DNA of 50,903 nucleotides, from assembly GCA_964522195.1 (NCBI GenBank), contig CAZFSV010000006.1:1408-52310 (forward strand). Direction: 5' to 3'. The notes beneath the pieces were generated by a model that was not told the origin of the DNA, ran no database searches, and saw nothing but the letters and a program-made list of their open reading frames with translations. Both the position numbers and the translations under genes were made by a program. Source of the DNA: an uncultured Candidatus Saccharibacteria bacterium. Its GTDB lineage: Bacteria; Patescibacteriota; Minisyncoccia; Phycocordibacterales; UBA9973. Numbering within the stretch: the first letter of the stretch is position 1; each line of letters opens with the position of its first letter. This document shows positions 34,698 to 43,282 of the stretch, in pieces.

Positions 34698-35915
34698 TTA
34701 CATTTTTTCCTGTATTCTCTCAAGAGCTAAAATAAAAGCACTATTACGCAAGCTTGTATTATTTGCTTTTGAAATATCAAAAATTTTTAAAGAAGAATTA
34801 TTTAAAATATTTTGCAGTTTTATATTTACTTCTTCTTCAGTCCATTTTTCATTTTTTAAATTTTGTTCCCATTCAAAAGAAGAAACAGTCACTCCACCAG
34901 AATTAGCTAAAACATCCGGAATTACGGGAATATTTTTATTGTGAAGAATTTCATCAGCTTCTGGGGTTATTGGACCATTTGCAAGTTCTAATATTGCTTT
35001 TGCTTTTATATTATTTGCATTACTCTCTGTAATTTGATTTTCGAAAGCAGCGGGAATTAATAGGTCAACTTCTAATTCCAATAATTCTTCATTGGTAATA
35101 TATTTTGCATTTGGAAAATTTTCTAAAGTTCCATTTTCTTTTTTATATTTTAAAACTTCTTCATAAATAAGTCCTTCTTCTTTAAAGATTCCACCTTTAG
35201 AATCTGAAATAGCTAAAACTTTATGCCCGTCTTCTGTAAAACTTTTAAAAGCGAAAGAACCTACATTACCTAAACCTTGAATAGCCACGCTAACTTTTTC
35301 TTTTAAATCAAGTTTTTCTTGAAGAGCTTTAAAAACATAAAACCCTCCGAGGCCTGTTGCACTTTCGCGACCTAAAGATCCACCATTTTCTACTGGCTTT
35401 CCAGTAAAAGTAGCTCTTGTTTTATCTCCAGTTAATTTTTCATATTCGTTCCCCATCCAGTTCATTATTTCTCCAGTAGTATTTACATCAGGGGCAGGGA
35501 CGTCTTTTTGAGGTCCTATAACTTCATACATTCTATTAACCCAACCACGAGAAAGATTTTCTAACTCATTTTTAGATAATTCTTTTGGGTTTACTGTAAT
35601 ACCTCCTTTACCTCCACCCATAGGTATTCCAGCTACGGCACATTTTATGGTCATCCAAAAAGCGAGTGCTTTAACTTCATTTATTTCTGTTTCAGGATGA
35701 AAACGTAGTCCGCCTTTGTATGGACCTAATTTGTTGTTGTATTGTACGCGATAACCTTCAAAGATTTTTAGTTCTCCATTATCCATACGTACAGGAATAG
35801 TTATTCTAATATCACGATCAGGTGCGCGCAAGGTTTCTATTAATTCTGGGTTAAAGTTCTTAATTTTTACAACCTTATCAAGCTGAGCCATCGCGTTTAA
35901 AAATGGGTTTTGCAT
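34698..35915 (-). CDS. gdhA: glutamate dehydrogenase
   Basis: GPYKGGLRFHP, the catalytic-Lys region GGGKGGI, and the NAD(P) fold AIQGLGNVGS. 405 aa. Confidence 0.92.
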   Translation of the reverse strand: MQNPFLNAMAQLDKVVKIKNFNPELIETLRAPDRDIRITIPVRMDNGELKIFEGYRVQYNNKLGPYKGGLRFHPETEINEVKALAFWMTIKCAVAGIPMGGGKGGITVNPKELSKNELENLSRGWVNRMYEVIGPQKDVPAPDVNTTGEIMNWMGNEYEKLTGDKTRATFTGKPVENGGSLGRESATGLGGFYVFKALQEKLDLKEKVSVAIQGLGNVGSFAFKSFTEDGHKVLAISDSKGGIFKEEGLIYEEVLKYKKENGTLENFPNAKYITNEELLELEVDLLIPAAFENQITESNANNIKAKAILELANGPITPEADEILHNKNIPVIPDVLANSGGVTVSSFEWEQNLKNEKWTEEEVNIKLQNILNNSSLKIFDISKANNTSLRNSAFILALERIQEKM

Positions 35916-35928
35916 ATTTTTATTTTTT

Positions 35929-36690
35929 TTAATTTATAAGTTTTTCTAAAATTTCTAATTCTTCTTTTGTGTTTGGTTGCATTCCTTCTAGAGTGTTTTC
36001 TATTGGTACCCCAATAACATTTTTGTTTTGTTCAAAAGCTAGATGAATTAAATCAGTTAGATAATATTCACCTTGAGCATTTTCATTTTTTAATTTATTG
36101 ATATTCTCCCAAAGCCATTTTTCATCAAAAGCATATAAAGCTGGATTTACTTCTTTTATTTCTCTTTCTTTTTCATTTGCGTCCTTGTATTCTACTATTT
36201 TTTCTACATTATTATTAATATCTCTTACTATTCTACCAAAATTGATTAAACCTTTTCTCCACTCCAAAAAGTCTGGCAAGATCAAAGTCCCTAGAGTTAT
36301 TGTTCCATTATTTTTTTTGTGATTTTCTATTATGTTTAAAATGGTCTCTTTAGAGATTAGTGGTTGATCGGTAGAAATAACCAAAATTACATCATGCGAA
36401 TTAATTAATTTATTCTCTGCAGAAGAAAGTGCATGACCTGTACCTAATTGTTCTTCTTGATGAGCATATTCATAAACATCACCAAAGAAATCTTGAATTC
36501 TTTCTTTTTTATGACCAACTACGATAATTGGTTTTAGTTTTAAATTTAGACTATTTAAAGTATCTAAAATGTGTCCTAAAAAAGGTTTGCCTTTTAAAAG
36601 TGCTAAGGCTTTTGGTTCATCAGATTCCATTCTCTTTCCTTTGCCTGCTGCCAAAATTACTATTTGTATATTTTCCATAATATTATCCAT
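35929..36690 (-). CDS. sugar-1-phosphate nucleotidyltransferase (GlmU N-terminal-domain-like)
   Basis: IVILAAGKGKRM...PKAL signature, LGTGHAL, and NPALYAF. No acetyltransferase LbH domain. The start could instead be the ATG at 36678. Confidence 0.75.
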   Translation of the reverse strand: MDNIMENIQIVILAAGKGKRMESDEPKALALLKGKPFLGHILDTLNSLNLKLKPIIVVGHKKERIQDFFGDVYEYAHQEEQLGTGHALSSAENKLINSHDVILVISTDQPLISKETILNIIENHKKNNGTITLGTLILPDFLEWRKGLINFGRIVRDINNNVEKIVEYKDANEKEREIKEVNPALYAFDEKWLWENINKLKNENAQGEYYLTDLIHLAFEQNKNVIGVPIENTLEGMQPNTKEELEILEKLIN

Positions 36691-36759
36691 TTATATAATT
36701 TACTACTTTTACAGAAAAAAGAAAGTTTTAATTTTACGAATTTTCAGTATAATTTAAAT

Positions 36760-38277
36760 ATGCCTTTTAATTTAAACACAAAGCTTTTTTTAATTTATTC
36801 AAAATTTAGAATTTCAGAAATTTTTGAATTAAAAGAAAATCCCTATAAATATCAAGAAAGATTTCTTTTTGATATTTTAGAAAAAGCAAAAAATACAGAA
36901 TATGGCAAGAAATATAATTTTTCTAAAGTTAAAATCTTAGAAGATTTTCAAAAAAAGGTACCAATAGTAATTTATGAAGATTTATTTCCCTATATTGAAA
37001 AAATGTTAAAAGGGGAACGAGACATACTTTGGCCGGGTTTGATAGAAAATTTTTCAAAATCTTCAGGAACCACAGATCGCAGTAAATTCTTGCCTGTTTC
37101 GGATGACTTACTTAAATCTTGCTTTAAAGCTGGTCAAGATCAGTTAATGCTTTATGTAAATAACAATACAAATAGCCAAGTCTTGGAAGGTAAAAGCGTT
37201 TTCGTGGGAGGGAGTTTGGAAAAGAAAAATTCTAACCCTGATATTTTTATAGGTGATATTTCGGCTATACTTATGAATAATTTACCTGTTTTTGGAAAAT
37301 TTTTTAGAACACCAAGTGTAGAAATTGCAACTCTCTCTGATTATGAAATTAAATTAGAGAAAATGGCTGAAGAAACTATGAATGAAGATGTCCGTAGCCT
37401 TGCTGGAACTCCAACTTGGACCATAGCTTTGATTAAAAAAGTTGTAGAAAAAAGGGGAGCTTCGGACATTTTAGAGGTTTGGCCCAATTTAGAAGTTTTC
37501 TTTCATGGGGCTGTTTCTTTCGCACCTTATCGTAAAGTCTTTGAAGGCCTTATAAAAAGCTCAAAAATGCATTATATTGAGGCTTATAATGCTTCTGAAG
37601 GGTTTTTTGCTTTACAGGATGGAATAGGCCTTTATGAGGGTGAAATGTGGCTTAGTCCTGATTATGGAGTTTTTTATGAATTTATAGAACTTAAGGATTT
37701 ACACACAGAAAATCCTAAAATTTATACTTTAAATAATGTGGAACTTAATATTGATTATGTTTTAATTATAACTACTAATGCTGGTCTTTGGAGATATACA
37801 ATAGGTGATACTGTAAAATTTACTTCACTTGCTCCTCATAGAATAGTAATAACAGGAAGAACTAAACATTTTATAAATGTTTTTGGGGAAGAGGTTGTAG
37901 TTCATAACACAGATTTAGCTATTAAAAAAACTTGCCATGAAACGCATTCTAAAATATTAGATTACACGGTAGCTCCTTTTTTTATGGATCAAGAAAAAGG
38001 AGGAGGCCATGAATGGATTATTGAATTTGAAGAAGAACCAAAAGATAAAGAAAATTTTATAGAACTTTTAGATAAAAATTTAAGGGAAATAAACTCTGAC
38101 TATGATGCAAAAAGACATAAAAATATAATTTTAAAAAAACCAATAATTCATTTTGCCCCGAGAAATACTTTTTATAATTGGCTTAAGAGTAAGGGTAAAT
38201 TAGGCGGTCAAAATAAAGTACCTAGACTTTCAAATAAAAGAGACTTTGTGGAAGATATTTTAAAAATGCTAAAATAA
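36760..38277 (+). CDS. GH3-family (auxin-responsive-promoter-type) acyl-acid amido synthetase homolog
   Basis: KNTEYGKKYNF....F...VPIVIYEDLFPYIEKMLKGE.DILWPG....FSKSSGTT...KFLPVS is typical of bacterial GH3 proteins. I trimmed the start to the ATG at 36760, since the track start at 36664 would overlap the divergent gene. Confidence 0.8.
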   Translation: MPFNLNTKLFLIYSKFRISEIFELKENPYKYQERFLFDILEKAKNTEYGKKYNFSKVKILEDFQKKVPIVIYEDLFPYIEKMLKGERDILWPGLIENFSKSSGTTDRSKFLPVSDDLLKSCFKAGQDQLMLYVNNNTNSQVLEGKSVFVGGSLEKKNSNPDIFIGDISAILMNNLPVFGKFFRTPSVEIATLSDYEIKLEKMAEETMNEDVRSLAGTPTWTIALIKKVVEKRGASDILEVWPNLEVFFHGAVSFAPYRKVFEGLIKSSKMHYIEAYNASEGFFALQDGIGLYEGEMWLSPDYGVFYEFIELKDLHTENPKIYTLNNVELNIDYVLIITTNAGLWRYTIGDTVKFTSLAPHRIVITGRTKHFINVFGEEVVVHNTDLAIKKTCHETHSKILDYTVAPFFMDQEKGGGHEWIIEFEEEPKDKENFIELLDKNLREINSDYDAKRHKNIILKKPIIHFAPRNTFYNWLKSKGKLGGQNKVPRLSNKRDFVEDILKMLK

Positions 38278-38281
38278 ATAT

Positions 38282-39286
38282 ATGAAATTTAATCTTGAAA
38301 TCTTTAAAAAACCATCAGAAAAATCAGCAGAAAATACAATGGATGCATACAATTCAAAAAATATAGATAGAAGGTCTTTTTTAAAAAAACTTTCTATTTT
38401 TGGAGCTAGTCTTCTTTTCCCTGGTAGTTTTGGTGGTATTTTAAATTTGAATTCAATAAAAAACGAAGAAGGTAAAAATAACAACCAAGAGACAATAGAA
38501 GGTTTTTCTATTATCAAAAGAGAAGATTGGGATATAGATTGGAATAAAATTAAAATTCAATATGAGAAAAAATTTGGTGAAATTTATCATATAAAAGAAA
38601 AAAATAAAATTATAGAAAAACAAGCTACAACTTATTCTTATTTAGAAGAAAAGATTGAAGGCAAAGAGTTAAAAGATTATTTGAAAAGAATTGTAATTCA
38701 CCATGTTGGAGTTTCTGTTAATAGAGATACTATAGGTCAAGTGAATGGAATTAAAAATTTTCACATTAATAAAAGAGGATGGAATGATGTAGCGTATCAT
38801 TATTTTATTGGAAAGGATGGGGAAATACTTGAAGGTCGTCCAGAGGATAGGATTGGATCTCACGCTGGAGCTACTTTAGAATATAAAGAAGATTTTAAAA
38901 AATATTTTGGTGATGATTTGAAATCTTTAAATCCAGATAGAGAAGATTATTCAGAAAAATTAGAACAGTATGAAAGTATAATAAAAAAAGATCCAGATTA
39001 TGGTTCTTTGGGAATATGTTTATTGGGTAATTTTAATGAAGAAGAGAGAGTTTCAGAAAAACAAATAGAAAGTTTAAAAAATCTTTTAAATCACTTGAAA
39101 ACAGGATACGATATACCAAAAAGTAATATTATTTATCATAGAGAAGTTGATGAAAAAGTATTGAAACCTTCAGGATTAACTTTGAGTAGCCCAAAAACAA
39201 ATTGCCCGGGAGATAATTTTTTAAATAAAGAGGATATGATCAATAATCTCGTGGAAGATACAAAAGCTTCTTTAAATAAAATTTAA
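38282..39286 (+). CDS. N-acetylmuramoyl-L-alanine amidase (Amidase_2/PGRP fold) with Tat-like signal
   Basis: IVIHHVG, GWNDVAYHYFIGKDGEILEGRPEDRIGSHAG, and C-terminal NCPGDNF. The N-terminal DRRSFLKKLSIFGASLL matches S/T-R-R-x-F-L-K. The alternative ATG at 38339 gives a more typical signal length. Confidence 0.8.
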   Translation: MKFNLEIFKKPSEKSAENTMDAYNSKNIDRRSFLKKLSIFGASLLFPGSFGGILNLNSIKNEEGKNNNQETIEGFSIIKREDWDIDWNKIKIQYEKKFGEIYHIKEKNKIIEKQATTYSYLEEKIEGKELKDYLKRIVIHHVGVSVNRDTIGQVNGIKNFHINKRGWNDVAYHYFIGKDGEILEGRPEDRIGSHAGATLEYKEDFKKYFGDDLKSLNPDREDYSEKLEQYESIIKKDPDYGSLGICLLGNFNEEERVSEKQIESLKNLLNHLKTGYDIPKSNIIYHREVDEKVLKPSGLTLSSPKTNCPGDNFLNKEDMINNLVEDTKASLNKI

Positions 39287-39322
39287 AATAAAAAGCCGGC
39301 TCGAGATAAATCCCTCGCCGGC
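39285..39322 (-). terminator. GC-rich hairpin terminator for 39347..39796
   Basis: GCCGGC(GAG)...(CTCGA)GCCGGC followed on the minus strand by TTTTTATTTT. Confidence 0.55.
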
Positions 39323-39346
39323 ATAGTGAGATTGGTTGTTATGATT

Positions 39347-39796
39347 TCAATTTTCTTTTGAAAATTTAGAACCAAGAATTGTTCTAATTGTTTTTAATTG
39401 TAGGTCTGTTATTATTTGCATCAAATGTATCGCTAAGTATGCATTTTCTGCATCTGTTTTGCATCCAGCTACACTAATGTATATTTTGTAACCTTGATTC
39501 AAAATGGAGATACACCCATTTGGTTCTTTTTTCTCATTACGAGAAAAATTAAAATTTTCATTTTTTTCTAGGAAAAATAGTTTTTCGGCGCCTTCTAGTA
39601 GGGTTTCCGCACTTAGAGTGCCAAATTTTCCGAATTCTACTTTTTCGTATAGTGAATCACTATACCTGTATTTTTTTACATAGATAACTACTCCATTTTT
39701 TGAAGCACAATCTCGTAATTTTTCAAAAAAAAGTTTTACTTCTAGGTCGCTTACTTTTTTACCGACCACACTGTGAATTAGATCAGGAATATTCAT
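39347..39796 (-). CDS. hypothetical protein
   Basis: 149-aa ATG ORF with a GC-rich hairpin plus T-run downstream on its own strand. No family recognised. Confidence 0.5.
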   Translation of the reverse strand: MNIPDLIHSVVGKKVSDLEVKLFFEKLRDCASKNGVVIYVKKYRYSDSLYEKVEFGKFGTLSAETLLEGAEKLFFLEKNENFNFSRNEKKEPNGCISILNQGYKIYISVAGCKTDAENAYLAIHLMQIITDLQLKTIRTILGSKFSKEN

Positions 39797-39947
39797 TGTT
39801 AATTATCTTTTCAAAAATCAAATATATCACTGTAATTTATAACATTATTTAATAATTAAGTCAAATATTATAATAATACTTTTATTTTAATTCATTTGTG
39901 TTATCCTTTAAAAGGATATATATTGTTTCACTTTTAAAAATCAAACC

Positions 39948-40196
39948 ATGAATTGGGCAACAGAAACTTTAGATTTCTTTAACCTCTTTGGTATTTGGCC
40001 AACAGAGATCTTTACAGAAGAAGAACTCAACTTTTTAGGTTCAATGATTGTAATTCCAAAACATTTCGGAAATCTTGATACAAGAGAAATCAAATCTCTT
40101 GAAAAAAGAAAAACGAATTCGCGTATTACGAGTTTTCTTTATGAAAATCCACCACTAGATGAGTTTGAAAAATTAGAAGAAGATGAAGAATTTTAA
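39948..40196 (+). CDS. hypothetical small acidic protein
   Basis: 82-aa ATG ORF. No family recognised. Confidence 0.4.
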   Translation: MNWATETLDFFNLFGIWPTEIFTEEELNFLGSMIVIPKHFGNLDTREIKSLEKRKTNSRITSFLYENPPLDEFEKLEEDEEF

Positions 40197-40369
40197 TTTT
40201 CTTAAAATTAAAAAAGAGTTAACTATATTATTTAGTTTGACTCTTTTTATTTTGTAGATATGTGTAGATAATCTATCAATCTCCACTAATAGGACATTTA
40301 ACTTTTTTGACTTTAGGATATTAAAGTAATAGTATAAAAATGAAATATATTCTTTAAATCAAGTAAAAA

Positions 40370-40714
40370 ATGAAAATGAAAATTTTAGTTTCGATTAAAG
40401 CTCTTTCGGGTTTCTTGAACGCATCTGAGATAATGTTGCGTTCCTTGCAATTAGTCTCTGCAGACAGTAAAAGTAGAGTTATGCATATAGGTATGCTGGT
40501 AGAAATAGAAAAAGAAGCAAACCTATCTGTAATCTCTACAAAATCAAACAAAAAACAAGCAACAATTAAGATTGAAATCAAAGGTATTAAAAAAGAAGAA
40601 AACAAAGATTTGATTATTAATCAAATAAAACAAACAATTCAAAGAATCTGTGACGTTGAGCAAACAACAGTTAGCCTAAGAGTAGAAAGACTTATGATTC
40701 AAAAAAAATTTTAA
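40370..40714 (+). CDS. hypothetical protein
   Basis: 114-aa ORF. Preferred over the antisense ORF 40354..40605 because a strong terminator (40731-40758) follows it. Confidence 0.4.
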   Translation: MKMKILVSIKALSGFLNASEIMLRSLQLVSADSKSRVMHIGMLVEIEKEANLSVISTKSNKKQATIKIEIKGIKKEENKDLIINQIKQTIQRICDVEQTTVSLRVERLMIQKKF

Positions 40715-40730
40715 TCTTATTTTTAAAATT

Positions 40731-40758
40731 AAAAAACCTACGTACGTAGGTTTTTTTT
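40731..40758. terminator. strong palindromic terminator at the proposed island boundary
   Basis: AAAAAACCTACG/CGTAGGTTTTTTTT, a perfect palindrome. Confidence 0.75.
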
Positions 40759-40818
40759 ATTTAAGTATTTTGTGAGCCTAATCGAGATGCGACCCAAGGA
40801 TTCCTTACCCTGTAAGGA

Positions 40819-40992
40819 TTATTTTAACCTTTCCTTGTTCTTAGATCGACCCTTATCGAGAGTAGCTTTCTTTGTGTATAAGTGAGGATTTTGCTTCCTG
40901 TCTTGATCTAGTAACCATTGAAAGACAGCAACAACTCTATCTGTTTCTTCTTTAGTCCAATTTTTAGGATTTTTCTTATCTTCTATGTTCAT
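40819..40992 (-). CDS. hypothetical small basic protein, last gene of the TIR operon
   Basis: 57 aa from the ATG at 40992 (64 aa from 41013): MNIEDKKNPKNWTKEETDRVVAVFQWLLDQD... A tandem AAAGTGACA x2 lies just upstream. Confidence 0.35.
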   Translation of the reverse strand: MNIEDKKNPKNWTKEETDRVVAVFQWLLDQDRKQNPHLYTKKATLDKGRSKNKERLK

Positions 40993-41053
40993 AAAAAGTG
41001 ACAAAAGTGACACAATATAGACAATGTAAAGTTGCAGTTATATGTAACTATTT

Positions 41054-41734
41054 TTACTTTTCTTCAATACCTGATTCTTTTCGATCTGTTTTAGGTAGAC
41101 CCAAAACAAGCTCATGCATTTTCTCTCTATATTTAATTAAATGATTATTAACAGCCAAAAGGTCTGTCTTCAATTCTTCAAATTTCGGGTAAGATTCTTG
41201 AATGGTTTGCGGATCAGTTTCTTGATCTTTTTTTAACTCTTTTTCATACCAATATCTGAATCGAGCCTGCCAAGAGGTTAGATGTGGTCGCAGTCCCTTA
41301 TTAAGAACGTCAATCGAAAGACTAATAACTTTTTGAGTGCTGTTATTTTTTACCTTACTCACAGGGATATCTTTAATCAGCTCTCTAGTGATTGAGAAAA
41401 AATTATGCCATGAATCATAAATCTCATAAATGACATCATGCTTTAGATCAATAGGTATTCCAATTTTTCTTGTGCTTAGTTCCACCCAAATTTTATAGGC
41501 GATTTGTTGATCTTCTCGATTGGGCTTGAAAGATATTTTACCTGATCCGAAACCCATTTCAGCGTTGTCTATCTCAAAGTTGTCTCCACGAAAAGTCCCA
41601 AGATATTTTTTTATAGCTATTCCAATAAGAACCAAAGCAACGCCAATTACTACAAAAACGTAGTTGAATTGAAAAGAAAAATTATAGTCTTTTGTCAGTG
41701 ATATTGAAATGAGTGTTGTTAAAGTATTTTCCAT
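41054..41734 (-). CDS. single-pass membrane protein with ~170-aa helical cytoplasmic domain of unknown family (candidate effector)
   Basis: 226 aa from the ATG at 41734, which lies 4 nt after the TIR gene stop. TM helix VFVVIGVALVLIGIAI. The remainder (KIWVELSTRKIGIPIDL...WQARFRYWYEKEL) matches no family I recognise. Confidence 0.6.
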   Translation of the reverse strand: MENTLTTLISISLTKDYNFSFQFNYVFVVIGVALVLIGIAIKKYLGTFRGDNFEIDNAEMGFGSGKISFKPNREDQQIAYKIWVELSTRKIGIPIDLKHDVIYEIYDSWHNFFSITRELIKDIPVSKVKNNSTQKVISLSIDVLNKGLRPHLTSWQARFRYWYEKELKKDQETDPQTIQESYPKFEELKTDLLAVNNHLIKYREKMHELVLGLPKTDRKESGIEEK

Positions 41735-41738
41735 GGAA

Positions 41739-42311
41739 TTAAGGTAGGTTATTAGAATACTGAGGGTCAGAGTTATCAATGAGTTCTTTGTGGGTCACGC
41801 GACGCTCGTAGGCTTTATGTATCGCATCACCAATATGGACTTCATTAAGAGGATAATTACACTTCCAAAAATATACTTCCGCAAAACCAGATTTTAAACT
41901 TTTAACTGTTCGAGGGTGCAAACGAGGATACAGTAGTTCCTGCTTGTATACACCATTTTCAAAAGGATTTATTGGGAATGTTGGAAGTATTATTACTACT
42001 AAGCCAGAGTGTCCTCCAACTTTTTTATTTAGACCAGCTGATATCTCCCAATCAACATGTTTTCTTTTATGGGTATTCGCTCCATAAAGTGCAATAACAA
42101 CACTTGCATCTGAAATATAATCATCAGCAATAAGACGAGCTGTATAATCAGTACTATTGTCTGGATCTATATCTCCAATCTGAACTGCTTTAGAAATGAA
42201 ATGCTCCCCAAATTGTGTTTCAAATTCGTCTCTATGAGATTCGTCGTCATGATGAAAACTAATAAAGGCTTTGTGCTTAGTATTTGGTTGTGAACCGAAA
42301 GAAGTATCCAT
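41739..42311 (-). CDS. ThsB-like TIR (DUF1863-type) domain protein
   Basis: 190 aa. The beta-A strand KAFISFHHDDES, ASVVIALYG, then KHVDWEISAGL (the conserved W-E of TIR-like/ThsB families), then GLVVIILP. The start lies 2 nt after the DUF2188 stop, with a GAGGA box upstream. Confidence 0.7.
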   Translation of the reverse strand: MDTSFGSQPNTKHKAFISFHHDDESHRDEFETQFGEHFISKAVQIGDIDPDNSTDYTARLIADDYISDASVVIALYGANTHKRKHVDWEISAGLNKKVGGHSGLVVIILPTFPINPFENGVYKQELLYPRLHPRTVKSLKSGFAEVYFWKCNYPLNEVHIGDAIHKAYERRVTHKELIDNSDPQYSNNLP

Positions 42312-42313
42312 AG

Positions 42314-42541
42314 TTATCCTCGTGGCGGGAAAGGATCATTACCGTAGCTATTACGTTCTTGAATTTTTCCATCTTTACCGTGAATAAAATGTTCAACCTT
42401 TGCTTTTTCAGCAATATTTTCTGCTCTATTGAGAGCATTCTCTTTTGTGTGATGTGAAGAAAGTGGAGTAGAAGATTTTTCTGCTTTATTTTCCCACATG
42501 TGACGATCTGAATTGAAAACTGTATGTATATTTTTTGCCAT
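42314..42541 (-). CDS. DUF2188 domain protein
   Basis: 75 aa from the ATG at 42541: MAKNIHTVF..DRHMWENK......SSHHTKENALNRAENIAEKAKVEHFIHGKDGKIQERNSYGNDPFPPRG, the typical DUF2188 pattern. Confidence 0.7.
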   Translation of the reverse strand: MAKNIHTVFNSDRHMWENKAEKSSTPLSSHHTKENALNRAENIAEKAKVEHFIHGKDGKIQERNSYGNDPFPPRG

Positions 42542-42548
42542 ATGTTTT

Positions 42549-43166
42549 TTAGTATAGATCTGCTGGAAGTACCGCAACAACTACCCCTTGGATCATGCAA
42601 TTATCTGTTAATATAATAGGCTTGTGATTTTTGTTCTTCGACTTTGGTCGGAGGATAACAGCATCACGAGTCTTTTCAAAAACCTTTACCGTCGCTTCAT
42701 CGTTGATGAGTGCAACAACTTTTTCTCCGTTCTCTGCTGAATCTTGTTGTCTTATGAGGAGCAAATCACCACTGTTGATTCCTGCTTCGTCCATAGAATC
42801 GCCTGATGCTCGAAGTAGAAAATATGTTGAACCCTTTTTTGCCATTCGTGTTGATATGGAAATGTAGGTTTGTATATTTTCTTCTGCGAAGATAGGAGTT
42901 CCGCACGCAACGGCACCAACGAGGGGTACCTCTATTGTACTTACAGAACTTTCATTGTATGTGTTCGCAAGTATAAGATTTCTACCGCTTTTTTTTATAA
43001 GACCAGATTCTACAAGTCGGTCGATCACCAAACTTGCGGATCTTGGAGATTTGCCCCCTGTGACTTCGTTAATTTCACGGAGGGTAGGGCTTTCACCATA
43101 ATGGATAATCTTGTTACGGATAAGAGCAAAAGCTTTCTTGTCTTTGTCACTAAGGTTATTGGTCAT
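42549..43166 (-). CDS. LexA/CI-type self-cleaving repressor (wHTH + S24 peptidase)
   Basis: 205 aa from the ATG at 43166. LexA-type N-terminal wHTH (GESPTLREINEVTGGKSPRSASLVIDRLVESGLIKK), a scissile-site region VGAVACGTP, Ser in GDSM and Lys in ATVKVF. Confidence 0.85.
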   Translation of the reverse strand: MTNNLSDKDKKAFALIRNKIIHYGESPTLREINEVTGGKSPRSASLVIDRLVESGLIKKSGRNLILANTYNESSVSTIEVPLVGAVACGTPIFAEENIQTYISISTRMAKKGSTYFLLRASGDSMDEAGINSGDLLLIRQQDSAENGEKVVALINDEATVKVFEKTRDAVILRPKSKNKNHKPIILTDNCMIQGVVVAVLPADLY

Positions 43167-43167
43167 G

Positions 43168-43198
43168 GTATAAATAGTATACAAAACCCTATACAAAA
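43168..43198. promoter_or_regulatory. candidate operator array in the repressor/Cro-position divergent region
   Basis: TATACAAAA occurs twice (43178-43186 and 43190-43198, 12-nt register). An inverted GTATA lies at 43168-43172 and a GTATAC palindrome at 43177-43182. Confidence 0.35.
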
Positions 43199-43282
43199 AA
43201 GCAAGTATCTGCTATGCTTATCTTGTGGGTATTCCACCTGCAAAATAGGGTCGAATTTATTAATCAATAAAAAGCATTAGCT

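Noticed and set aside
36664-36759. N-terminal extension of the GH3 ORF, and track ORF 36569..36757
   Set aside because: The extension would overlap the divergent nucleotidyltransferase gene's start and encodes low-complexity sequence. GH3-family similarity begins right after the ATG at 36760.
41739-42311. Calling the TIR cassette a canonical Thoeris system
   Set aside because: No ThsA-type gene (SIR2-SLOG or Macro-TM) is present in the operon or elsewhere in the window. Only the ThsB-like TIR component is recognisable, so I treat it as a distinct candidate system.
42277-43280. Track ORFs 42277..42600 (-), 42631..42867 (+) and 42870..43280 (+) in the repressor/DUF2188 region
   Set aside because: 42277..42600 is an alternative frame overlapping the DUF2188 gene, whose frame gives a recognisable family pattern. 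The two plus-strand ORFs are antisense to the well-supported LexA-like gene.
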